24,547 nt of DNA from Octopus sinensis (lineage: Eukaryota): NCBI RefSeq assembly GCF_006345805.1, contig NW_021836615.1, forward strand, positions 1 to 24,547, in the 5' to 3' direction. The notes below the pieces were generated by a model. That model was not told the origin of the DNA, searched no databases, and worked only from the letters and a program-made list of their open reading frames with translations. Each line of letters starts with the position of its first letter. The first letter of the stretch is position 1. Made by a program: the position numbers and the translations under genes. Shown here piece after piece: positions 1 to 9,975 of the stretch.

Positions 1-95
1 ACAAAAAATGCCATAAAAGTTATATTTGGAAGGAATGATTTACTGTTTAATGTGTACAAAGGTGAGATATAAATTATAGGGAAAATATTTATATA

Positions 96-515
96 GGCGC
101 AGGAGTGGCTGTGTGGTAAGTAGCTTGCTTACCAACCACATGGTTCCGGGTTCAGTCCCACTGCGTGGCACCTTGGGCAAGTGTCTTCTACTATAGCTTC
201 GGGCCAACCAAAGCCTTGTGAGTGGATTTGGTAGACGGAAACTGAAAGAAGCCCGTCGTATATATGTATATATATGTGTGTGTGTGTGTGTTTTTGTGTC
301 TGTGTTTGTCCCCCCAGCATCGCTTGACAACCGATGCTGGTGTGTTTATGTTCCCGTCACTTAGCGGTTCTTCGGCAAAAGAGACCGATAGAATAAGTAC
401 TACTGGGCTTACAAAAGAATAAGGCCCGGGGTGGATTTGCTCGATTAAAAGGCGGTGCTCCAGCATGGCCGCAGTCAAAATGACTGAAACAAGGAAAAAG
501 AAAAAGAAAAAAAAG
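96..515 (+). mobile_element. tRNA-derived SINE, family A (copy A1), full length
   Basis: Head GGCGCAGGAGTGGCTGTGTGG with A box (106-116) and B box GGTTCAGTCCC (149-159); body, internal (TA)n(TG)n, second body, 3' stem-loop CAGTC-AAAAT-GACTG and (AAAAG)n tail. About 14 related copies in the window. Confidence 0.92.
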
Positions 516-1360
516 AAATAAGAAAATATCGTTAGACTTCGTTCTTGCCATTTGTCAATAAATTGATTGGCTGTTGTCATCGACGGGGCTTGGCTACGGA
601 ATAGGACAGTTCAACTACACAACAAGACATCACTTTAACTTAATCAAGCGAAACATAAGTTCGAGTAAATTTCCCTAGTAACAAATAGACACACATGAAT
701 GCATACACTCACATAAATGCGAACAATGAATCAACAGAAAACGACCGGAAGTTGTGAAATCTATGTCATAATACGAAGTAAATCAAGAATTTTATCGATC
801 ATATGACGAAGTCACATCATTTCTATTGAGAAAGTGTTGGCTCAAATTAACGATATCCTTGGGACCGTCAAAGTACCTCAAAGACAGAGTTGCTAGGACA
901 CAAGTTAACCAGTGTAAAGGGTTCATATCCCATCACCGCTAGTACATTGATCCTGGGGTTTAAGATATTTAACTCTAAACTTCTGTATTCGCTTAAGTAA
1001 ATGGTATGTAGTGACGTTAGGCTCGAGAAATGTTGAATATATATATTTTATTTGTGGTTAACCAGGCTACCATGATTTCATATTAGGAGAGGTATAGCTC
1101 ATAACAATTTTCAAGCCTATTGCATGGATGTTGGTGTTTGTTTCCAACTTGGATTGAAACACGATAAAATCATGATGTATCTCCCTGAACATGAACGCAA
1201 TCGTAGCTTGGCCACCCAACAATGAATATTTATCCACCAATGCGGTGTTGAGCACTCATTCTCACTGTTTGATATCAGCAAACACACACACACACACAGG
1301 GTAAAAGTAAAAAGAAACAAAGAAAATGCACACTAGGTATAAAAGTAATATATAGAAATA

Positions 1361-1770
1361 GGCGCAGGAGTGGCTGTGTGGTAAGTAGCTTGCTAATCAA
1401 CCACATTGGTCGGGTTCCGGTCCCACTGCGTGGCACCTTGGGCAAGTGTCTTCTACTATAGCTTCGGGCCAACCAAAGCCTGTGAGTGGATTGGTAGACG
1501 AAACTGAAAGAAGCCCGTCGTATATATGTATATATATGTGTGTGTGTTGTGTGTTTTTGTGTCTGTGTTGTCCCCCAGCATCGCTTGACAACCGATGCTG
1601 GTGTGTGTTTATGTTCCCGTCACTTAGCGGTCTTCGGCAAAAGAGACCGATAGAAAAGTACTACTGGGCTTACAAAGAATAAGGCCCGGGTGGATTTGCT
1701 CGATTAAAAGGCGGTGCTCCAGCATGGCCGCAGTCAAATGACTGAACAGGAAAAAGAAAAAGAAAAAAGA
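1361..1770 (+). mobile_element. SINE family A (copy A2), chimeric A3-head/A1-body
   Basis: Head GCTAATCAACCACATTG and 5' flank match the copy at 2619; from GGCACC (1432) onward it carries A1-type variants (CTTCGGGCCAACC, TCTTCGG, AGTACTACTGGG, AAGGCCCGGG) and A1's 3' flank. Confidence 0.9.
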
Positions 1771-2618
1771 AATAAGAAAATATCGTTAGACTTCGTTCTT
1801 GCCATTTGTCAATAAATGATTGGCTGTTGTCATCGACGGGGTTGGCTACGGATAGGACAGTTCAACTACACAACAAGACATCACTTTAACTTAATCAAGC
1901 GAAACATAAGTTCGAGTAAATTTCCCTAGTAACAAATAGACACACATGAATGCATACACTCACATAAATGCGAACAATGAATCAACAGAAAACGACCGGA
2001 AGTTGTGAAATCTATGTCATAATACGGAAGTAAAATCAAGAATTTTATCGAATCATATGACGAAGTCACATCATTTCTATTGAGAAAGTGTTGGCTCAAA
2101 TTAACGATATCCTTTGGGACCGTCAAAGTACCTCAAAGACAGAGTTGCTAGGACACAAGTTAACCAGTGTAAAGGGTTCATATCCCATCACCGCTAGTAC
2201 ATTGATCCTGGGGTTTAAGATATTTAACTCTAAACTTCTGTATTCGCTTAAGTAAATGGTATGTAGTGACGTTAGGCTCGAGAAATGTTGAATATATATA
2301 TTTTATTTGTGGTTTAACCAGGCTACCATTGATTTCATATTAGGAGAGGTATAGCTCATAACAATTTTCAAGCCTATTGCATGGGATGTTGGTGTTTGTT
2401 TCCAACTTGGATTGAAACACGATAAAATCATGATGTATCTCCCTGAACATGAACGCAATCGTAGCTTGGCCACCCAACAATGAATATTTATCCACCAATG
2501 CGGTGTTGAGCACTCATTCTCACTGTTTGATATCAGCAAACACACACACACACACAGGGTAAAAGTAAAAAGAAACAAAGAAAATGCACACTAGGTATAA
2601 AAGTAATATATAGAAATA

Positions 2619-3039
2619 GGCGCAGGAGTGGCTGTGTGGTAAGTAGCTTGCTAATCAACCACATTGTTCCGGGTTCAGTCCCACTGCGTGGCATCTTGGG
2701 CAAGTGTCTTCTGCTATAGCCCCGGGCCGACCAATGCCTTTTGAGTGGATTTGGTAGACGGAAACTGAAAGAAGCCTGTCGTAATATAGTATAATGTTAT
2801 ATATGTGTATGTGTTTGTGTGTCTGTGTTTGTCCCCCTAGCATTGCTTGACAACCGATGCTGGTGTGTTTACGTCCCCGTCACTTAGCGGTTCGGCAAAA
2901 GAGACCAATAGAATAAGTACTGGGCTTACAAAGAATAAGTCCCGGGGTCGATTTCCTCGACTAAAGGCGGTGCTCCAGCATGGCCACAGTCAAATGACTG
3001 AAACAAGTAAATAAATGAATAAAAAAAAAATAAATAAAT
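2619..3039 (+). mobile_element. SINE family A (copy A3), full length
   Basis: Same head, boxes, body and tail as A1 with its own substitutions; A-rich (AAAT)n tail. Confidence 0.92.
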
Positions 3040-3891
3040 GATTTAAGGTGGAATTAAGAATCATAAAAACTATTATCATGAGTCAATATACAAAGGCATA
3101 CCGGTTTCGTTATCGCTGTTCACTGCCTTTGAATCAACACCGATTTCTAAACAATGTTGGGTCTAATAGTACCTGAGTGAAAAAATTCTATGCAAGGGAA
3201 GTAAGCAGTTCTGAAAGTGATGCAATTAGGTTAATATGATTAATAGAGTTCTAGTGGTGAGGTTAAAGAAAGGCAAATAGAAAGAGAGGGACAGGGGAGG
3301 CACTTATTTTGAGAGAGAGAGGCAGATAGCGTTTGTATTGTCAGAGTGGAGATATATTGACAGCAAAAAAAGGAGATAAAAACAAACAGCTGTACTGAAC
3401 TGAAATGAAATGAGCTTTGTTACTGAAAACTACTGTGATGGTGATGGTGCGTGGATAAATATTTTTAAAACTAAATCTATATTTATTCTTCACCCTGTTC
3501 GTAGAAGAATATTATAGTTTGTTAGAGAGGAGGTGGAGTGAGAGAAAGGAATAGGGAATGTGAAAGCAAGTGAAAGAGAATATAGCCAGCCGATGCATTA
3601 TACTGTCACTCATGCGGTTAGAGGAAGTGACGGGTGAAGAGAAAGCGAGATGTTAAAGGCATGAAGAGAGGAATTACATCATTAAAAAGTTTGTTGAAGA
3701 AGTAGAGAGAAAGTGAAAAACATAAAGTGCGCAATTAGGGGAAAATTTCAAATCATATAATACATTACTGTGACTGGCAGTGAAATAACTGGCAGCAGAA
3801 TAAAAATTAAAATGCAAATCAACCTTTCTTTCTTAAATAGCTTCTCTTAATCTTTTCGTTCCGTGGAATTTCCACGGGGCCCACTAGTAAC

Positions 3892-3893
3892 TA

Positions 3894-3927
<34 letters not shown>

Positions 3928-3943
3928 CATTATTATTATTATT
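3892..3943 (+). repeat. (TAT)n microsatellite
   Basis: Near-perfect TAT run directly upstream of a SINE head. Confidence 0.95.
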
Positions 3944-3945
3944 CA

Positions 3946-4265
3946 GGCACAGCAGTGGTTACGTGTTAAGTAGGTTGCTTACTAACCACATGGTTCCGGG
4001 TTCAGTCCCACTGCGTGGCACCTTAAGCAAGTGTCTTCTACTATAAGCCTCGGGCCGACCAAAGCCTTGCGAGTGGATTTGGTAGACGGAAACTGACAGA
4101 AGCCCGTCGTATATATATATATATATATATATAAGTAGATAAATGAATTATCTTATTACGGATAATTCGAAAGATAACCGATACCTGGGTAGCAAACTCA
4201 CAACAGAAAGAACAAAATAAAGGAATTTTGTTAAATCTTCGCTCAGCTCCATTCTTTCCTATACT

Positions 4266-4296
<31 letters not shown>

Positions 4297-4526
4297 ATAT
4301 ATGTGTGTATATGTTTGTGTGTCTGTGTTTGTCTCCTCAACATCGCTTGACAACCGATGCTGGTGTGCTTGCGTCTCCGTCACTTAGCGGTTCGGCAAGA
4401 GAGACCGATAGAATAAGTACTAGGCTTACAAAGAATAAGTCCTGGGGTCGATGTGCTCGACTAAAGGCGGTGCTCCAGCATGACCGCTGTCAAATGACTG
4501 AAACAAATAAAAGAATAAAAGAATAA
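3946..4526 (+). mobile_element. SINE family A (copy A4) with ~130-bp foreign insert in its internal (TA)n
   Basis: Head and body1 3946-4110, (TA)n, unrelated 4134-4265, (TA)n(TG)n, body2 and (AAAAGAAT)n tail. Confidence 0.88.
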
Positions 4527-5974
4527 ACGTCTGTCACCCGTAATATATTCGGAAAGAATTTTTCCGACAGGACATGGAACCGGTCTCATTCGTCGCAAAC
4601 AAAATTTAGTTTTACGGAAATCAACGGCAGTAGTCGTTCTGATAAATGCGAAAACCATCGATTTTTTAAAATGGTCTGAAAATTTGATGGTACTTAGTAC
4701 ACTGGTTAACTGCCAACTGTCGTAGTTTACAATGGAACAGTGTCTGTGGAATGTCAGAAAGTTTATCGCTCTTCGACACGAGATACTCGAGACTAGCAAA
4801 CAAAGACAGACAAAACCTCCCCAGAACACAGCTGTTGCTGTTTCATGCAGTCAGAGGAAAATTATTATATTTAATTATATTTGGTCAGTCAACACTTTTG
4901 ACCTTTCAATGACAATGTGTTCTTCGTAGTCTGGCTTTTAATAATATCCGAAAGGGAAGCTCTGTTTTTGCCAACTCCTCCACTCTCTACCGGAAGTGCT
5001 TGGAGGGGAATTAGTATTTGCTGTGGCGATTGTGGTGCTAGTGGTAGTAGTGGTTGTGATGGAATTAATTAAAAATCTTTTAATATGATCTTGATTCACA
5101 TAGAAAATTATTTGCAGACAGCATCACAATTCAACAGAACAGGAGATCATTTCGTAGTGTTTTCTCATTTGTAAACAAGCGAAATGAAGTATTTTGAAGA
5201 TAGGATATAGTGATGTCCTGTTGACATGTGAACCACAAGTACTGCGAACCGCAGGTCCAACATGTTTAAAGAAAAACTTCTAATTTGAAGCTCGTACCAC
5301 AGCTTCCCTTAAGGAACACTGTAAAATTGCATACTCAAGTCTGATTGGTCACTTGCAGAGACACTCTCTTCCATAAACACTCAATCTCTCTATATATAGA
5401 TTGTATGCGTGTGTGTGTGTGTGTGTACGTGAATGTACTTTATGCACGTCCACAAATTAGCACGCATGTCGCTCCAATTTTAGGAGAACATTGGTCACAA
5501 CTCATGTCTGTGCTTTTGTCAAATTATTTTTCTCGAGGCATCCCCGGATAGCAGTAAAGATAGCTTTACAATCATAACTTTTACCAATTTTCACGTCGTT
5601 GAAATCTGTAAGTTTGCTAACATGAGTTAAGTCCCCTGTCTTATAGATTAATTCACCCTACTACAATGCCTCAAATAAAATAAAAATTAGATTTGGACTA
5701 CCTAAGCAATCTCAGCGTAGGAAAAGAGAAAGAGCTGATGAGACTGACTATCAGCAGATCCATTAGTAAAATATTATAACTTTTTGGGCCAAAACCTGGC
5801 AATAAGGGCTTGCAGATATTCCGCTACGAAACATTTAATAATAGCGAAGCATTAACTTTCATAAATCAGGGTAAAATTTTTGAAGACTCTTTCTGAATCC
5901 AGTCAACGATGGGTATTTCTGCTAGTCATATATAAATTAAAGATTTAATTGACATTATCCTTATTATTTAAATT

Positions 5975-6152
5975 GGTGAGGTAGTAGAATCGTTAGCAGT
6001 CCGGACAAAATACTTCGCAGCATTTCTTCCGGCTTTGTGTTTAGAGTTTAATTTCCGCTGAGATAAGGTTTTGAGTTTAGATTCCGCCTTTCCTTCGTTC
6101 GGGGCCGATATCATAAGTACCAGTTGAGGACTTGGGTCGATGTAACCGACTC
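5975..6152 (+). mobile_element. SINE family C, old diverged copy
   Basis: GGTGAGGTAGTAGAATCGTTAGCA...GCCTTTCCTTCGTTCGGGGCCGATATCATAAGTACCAGTT...GGGTCGATGTAACCGAC aligns loosely with the family C copies at 19988-20806. Confidence 0.7.
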
Positions 6153-6179
6153 TGCCCACAACCAATTTCCAAGCTCTAT

Positions 6180-6421
6180 TCCTATTTCTTTACTACTCAC
6201 AAGGGGCTACACACAGAGGGGACAAACAAGAATAGACAAACGGATTAAGTCGATTACATCGACCCCAGTGCGTAACTGGTCCTTAATTTATCGACCCCGA
6301 AAGGATGAAAGGCAAAGTCGACATCGCGGAGTTGAAACTCAGAAAAACGAGTAACGGCAGACTAAATTACGGCTACGCATTTCGCCCGGCGTGCGAACGT
6401 TTCTGTCAGCTCGCCGCTTTG
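6180..6421 (-). mobile_element. SINE family C, full length, with 10-bp TSD
   Basis: Reverse complement of the head/core/tail seen at 20149-20380; direct repeat CAAGCTCTAT at 6170-6179 and 6422-6431. Confidence 0.88.
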
Positions 6422-6452
6422 CAAGCTCTATGCCTATAGTAGAAAGAATTGT

Positions 6453-6829
6453 GGAGGCACAATGGCCCAGTGGTTAGGGCAGCGGACTCGCGGTCATAGG
6501 ATCGCGGTTTCGATTCCCAGACCGGGCGTTGTGAGTGTTTATTGAGCGAAAACACCCTAAAGCTCCACGAGGCTCTGGCAGGGGATGGTGGTGATCCTGC
6601 TGTACTCTTTCACCACAACTTTTCTCTCACTCTTACTTCCTGTTTCTGTTGTACCTGTATTTCAAAGGGCGGCCTTGTCACTCTCTGTGTCAACGCTGAA
6701 TCCCGAGACTGCGTTAAGGGTACACGTGTCTGGAGTGCTCAGCCACTTACACGTTAATTTCATGAGCAGGCTGTTCCATTGATTCGGATCAACCGGAACC
6801 CTCATCGTCGTAACCGACGGAGTGCTTCA
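6453..6829 (+). mobile_element. SINE family B with tail type 1, with 12-bp TSD
   Basis: A box TGGCCCAGTGG and B-box-like GTTTCGATTCC; tail ends CCCTCATCGTCGTAACCGACGGAGTGCTTC; direct repeat AGTAGAAAGAAT at 6438-6449 and 6830-6841; second copy at 23493-23873. Confidence 0.9.
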
Positions 6830-7185
6830 AGTAGAAAGAATGATTAAAATGGCATTAAAGTACCTGACGACCGATTCTTACATGTAACTATCGAAAAATA
6901 TGTTAATTAAAACATGCTTTTAAAATATTTAGGTTTTGTTGCGTAATTTATTCTTAATTTCTGAAGTAGCAAAAAAAAAAGAATCCAATTTTGAAATGAT
7001 CACAAGCCATTTAGGAAACACAAAGTTATATTTCGCATGCAAAGCTGCAGTGGAAAATTTCAGTGAAATTTGAGTGAAATGTGAGTCTTGAAAACATAAG
7101 ACACACACATGTCAGTTGATTGCTCCGTTCGCAACTTGTTTACAATATGTCAGTCTGAATTCATTCGCAGACTATATGCAAACAC

Positions 7186-7207
7186 GCACACACATAAACA
7201 CGTATAT

Positions 7208-7255
<48 letters not shown>

Positions 7256-7336
7256 GTGTGTGTATATATATATATATAATATATAGTATATATAACATGT
7301 GAATATATATAATATATATATATTATATATACATGT

Positions 7337-7372
<36 letters not shown>

Positions 7373-7373
7373 G

Positions 7374-7412
<39 letters not shown>

Positions 7413-7483
7413 CATACACACACATGTATATATATATATATATACACATGTATATATATATACACACACATGTATGAATATAT

Positions 7484-7514
<31 letters not shown>

Positions 7515-7632
7515 ATATATATATACATGTATCTTGTCCCATTTTGTATTTTTATATATTTTTATACATATATATATATGTGTGTGTGTGTGTATACAAT
7601 ATATATGTACGTATGTGTGTGTGTGTGTGCGT
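7186..7632. repeat. Compound (TA)n/(TG)n/(CA)n microsatellite punctuated by ACATGT
   Basis: Directly visible dinucleotide runs. Confidence 0.93.
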
Positions 7633-7822
7633 GTGTCCCTCCACTGCTTGACAACTGGTGTTGGTGTGTTTACGTCCCCATATCTTGGCGCATGCCGCAA
7701 AAGAAACTGGCAGAGTAAGTACCAAGCTTAAAAAATAAAAAGCAATTCTGGGACCGATTTCGTTAGACTAAATTTCAAGGCGGAGCCCCAGTATGGGCAT
7801 AGTCCAATAACTGAAACGAGCA
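7633..7822 (+). mobile_element. Old family-A-related SINE, 3' half only
   Basis: GCTTGACAACTGGTGTTGGTGTGTTTACGTCCCC...AGTAAGTACC...AGGCGGAGCCCCAGTATGG...AACTGAAAC is a diverged match to family A body2. Confidence 0.7.
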
Positions 7823-7842
7823 ATATATATATATATATATAT

Positions 7843-8113
7843 ATCACCGTGACCGACCAGGCTATCATATGTTGCTACACATCGCTGGTCACAATGCGCT
7901 TCGCATTATTTTAGCGAGCAGGCCAGCAGAAGAAAGAGTGAGAGAAAGTTGTGGCGAAAGAATACAGCAGGGACCGCCACCACCCCCTGCCGGAGCGTCG
8001 TGCAGCTTTAGGTGTTTTAACTCAATAAACACTCACAACGCCCGGTCTGGGAATCTAAACCGCGATCCTACGACCGCGAATCCGCTGCCCTAACCACTGG
8101 GCCATTGCGCCTC
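7843..8113 (-). mobile_element. SINE family B with tail type 2 (internal ~30-bp deletion)
   Basis: Reverse complement of the head plus tail GCGAAGCGCATTGTGACCAGCGATGTGTAGCAACAT...GGTCGGTCACGGTGAT; lacks the CCTTCAAATGACGCCACCCCGCTGGCTAAG segment present at 11630-11659. Confidence 0.88.
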
Positions 8114-8134
8114 TACGTGTGTATATATATTAAT

Positions 8135-8260
8135 TAGCCGAAATTTGCTAGGACGATCCGGTTGCTGACTGAAGATTAGAGGCTTCGAATGACCCGTCCG
8201 TTCTTTGTGTTTTTTGCGTTCTTGTCCCATTTTGTATTTTTTATATCTAATTTTTATACA
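8135..8260 (+). repeat. Unclassified ~125-bp (TA)n-embedded dispersed repeat
   Basis: TAGCCGAAATTTGC...GATCCGGTT...GACTGAAGA...GGCTTCGAATG...GTTCTTGTCCCATTTTGTAT matches 11905-12030 (minus) and a fragment at 7532-7570. Confidence 0.75.
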
Positions 8261-8269
8261 TATATATAT

Positions 8270-8307
<38 letters not shown>

Positions 8308-8526
8308 AGAATGGGAGAGAGAAAGGGAGATGCGTGTGTGTATTTTTGCACGAGCGAATGTGTTAGTTTGTGATACAGTTTGTCTGTTTACCCATGTTTG
8401 CTATTTCTAGCCGGTCGGATGGTAACACAGAGGTTTCTTGGTTAGAGAGAGAGGGGGGAAGGGGAGGGGAGAAAGAAATATAGATAGATAAAGAGAGGAA
8501 TATATAAAGAGATGTATACAGTTTGT

Positions 8527-8658
8527 CTACCAACCACATGGTTCCGGGTTCAGTCCTACTGCGTTGCACCCAGGGCAAGTGTCTTCTACTATAGCCTCGG
8601 GCCGACCAAAGCCTTCTGAGTGGATTTGGTAGACGGAAACTGAAAGAAGCCCGTCGTA

Positions 8659-8691
<33 letters not shown>

Positions 8692-8900
8692 GCGTGTGTG
8701 TTTTTGTCCCCTAGCATTGCTTGACAACCGATGCTGGTGTGTTTATGTCCCCGTTACTTAGCGGTTCGGCAAAAGTGTCCGATAGAATAAGTACTGGGCT
8801 TACAAAAGAATAAGTCCCGGGGTCGAGTTGCTCGATTAAAGGCGGTGCTCCAGCATGGCCGCAGTCCAAATGACTGAAACAAGTAAAAGAGTAAAAGAGT
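8527..8900 (+). mobile_element. SINE family A (copy A5), 5'-truncated, 7-bp TSD
   Basis: Starts within the head at CTACCAACC; (AAAAGAGT)n tail; AGTTTGT at 8520-8526 and 8898-8904. Confidence 0.88.
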
Positions 8901-8904
8901 TTGT

Positions 8905-9350
8905 GGAGGAGAGAGAGAGGATAACGGATGATGAGAGAAAGTTATGAGAAAGAAAAGACGGAGAAAAGAAATAGGAAAAAATGAAAACAAGGGAAGAAGG
9001 AAGGAAGGATTCAATGGAGGGAATATAGAACGAAAATCTTTAATAGGAAAGTGGGGACAGAAAGAATGGGATTAAAATAAAAAAGGGTAAGTGAAATTAG
9101 GTCAGAAAAGAATGATTAAAGAAATATTGAAGAAAGAAAGGAAGAGAGAGAGAGAGTGAGAGGAAGAAAAGAAGAGAGAGAGAGAGAGTGAGAGGAAGAA
9201 AGAGAGAGAGAAGAGAGAGTGAGAGGAAGAAAGGAAGTGCTGGGCGAGGAAATGGGAGAAGTGAATGAATTATGAAAGAAAAGGAAGGAAATGAAGAAAT
9301 AAGCAAAGGAGGGATGAAGAAAACGAAAGAAAGAAGATAGGAAAAATAAA
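8905..9350 (+). repeat. Polypurine low-complexity tract with 3 x ~30-bp unit (9141-9232)
   Basis: Strong A/G strand bias; GAGAGAGTGAGAGGAAGAAA repeated three times. Confidence 0.85.
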
Positions 9351-9532
9351 ACTATAGAATTTGGTTAGAATGAACAAAAGGAATGAAACATGGGAGATTC
9401 CAGATTACCGTTTCTATGGAAACAATGACAGCCAGTTAAGAGGAAAAAAGCTTTTAAGATTAATGGGTTGTAAGGGGAAAGATTAGATAAGATGGCGGCA
9501 AGGAATCACATAATTGGAACATATCTGTTCGT

Positions 9533-9568
9533 ATATATGTATATATATGTGTGTGTGTGTGATATATG

Positions 9569-9599
<31 letters not shown>

Positions 9600-9796
9600 T
9601 TATGTGTGTTTGTGTTTTCCCCCCAGCATCGCTTGACAACCGATGCTGGTGTGTTCACGTCCCCGTCACTTAGCGGTTCTTCGGCAAAAGAGACCGATAG
9701 AATAAGTAGTACTGGGCTTACAAAAGAATAAGTCCCCGGGGTCGATTTGCTTGACTAAAAGGCGATGCTCCAGCATGGCCGCAGTCAAATGACTGA
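9533..9796 (+). mobile_element. SINE family A 3' half (copy A6) preceded by (TA)/(TG) tract
   Basis: Body2 from CCCCCCAGCATCGCTTGACAACC to CAGTCAAATGACTGA; no head upstream. Confidence 0.85.
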
Positions 9797-9975
9797 TAAT
9801 GGCGCGGAATTGTGCTAAGAAATTTTGGGAAATGCAATGTTATTACGAGTTTGAATTTTGCTTGTCAGACTTTCGGCCTTTTGAACAAGCCGTTGACTGT
9901 GTATTTTCTCGTGGTGAAAATTTTTCGCAGTAGGCAACTGGTGTAAATACAACTAAAGCAGCCCGCAGCGCCCAC

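Larger units (their letters stand above)
96..2618 (+). repeat. Tandem duplication, two ~1.26-kb units (96-1360 and 1361-2618)
   Basis: Unique sequence ~520-1360 recurs at ~1775-2618; the differences I found are small indels. SINE starts at 96, 1361 and 2619 (spacing 1265 and 1258). Confidence 0.93.

Noticed and set aside
96-170. tRNA gene-like heads with A and B boxes (also 6453, 16669, 19988 and others)
   Set aside because: No complete acceptor stem or cloverleaf, and each continues into a repeated body, so these are SINE heads rather than tRNA genes.
2366-2484. Plus-strand frame FKPIAWDVGVCFQLGLKHDKIMMYLPEHERNRSLATQQ*, vaguely death-domain-like
   Set aside because: Bounded by stops, no convincing splice sites, frameshifted in the other duplicate copy; resemblance is subjective.
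3861-3877. 17-bp palindrome CCGTGGAA-T-TTCCACGG
   Set aside because: Single short instance with no associated structure.
7172-7731. YI/CV-rich ORFs
   Set aside because: Dinucleotide microsatellite translations.
9489-9499. YY1-like AAGATGGCGGC (a similar AAAATGGCGG on minus near 22931-22940)
   Set aside because: Isolated motifs in repeat-rich, non-CpG-island context; the downstream frames run into microsatellite or stop early.
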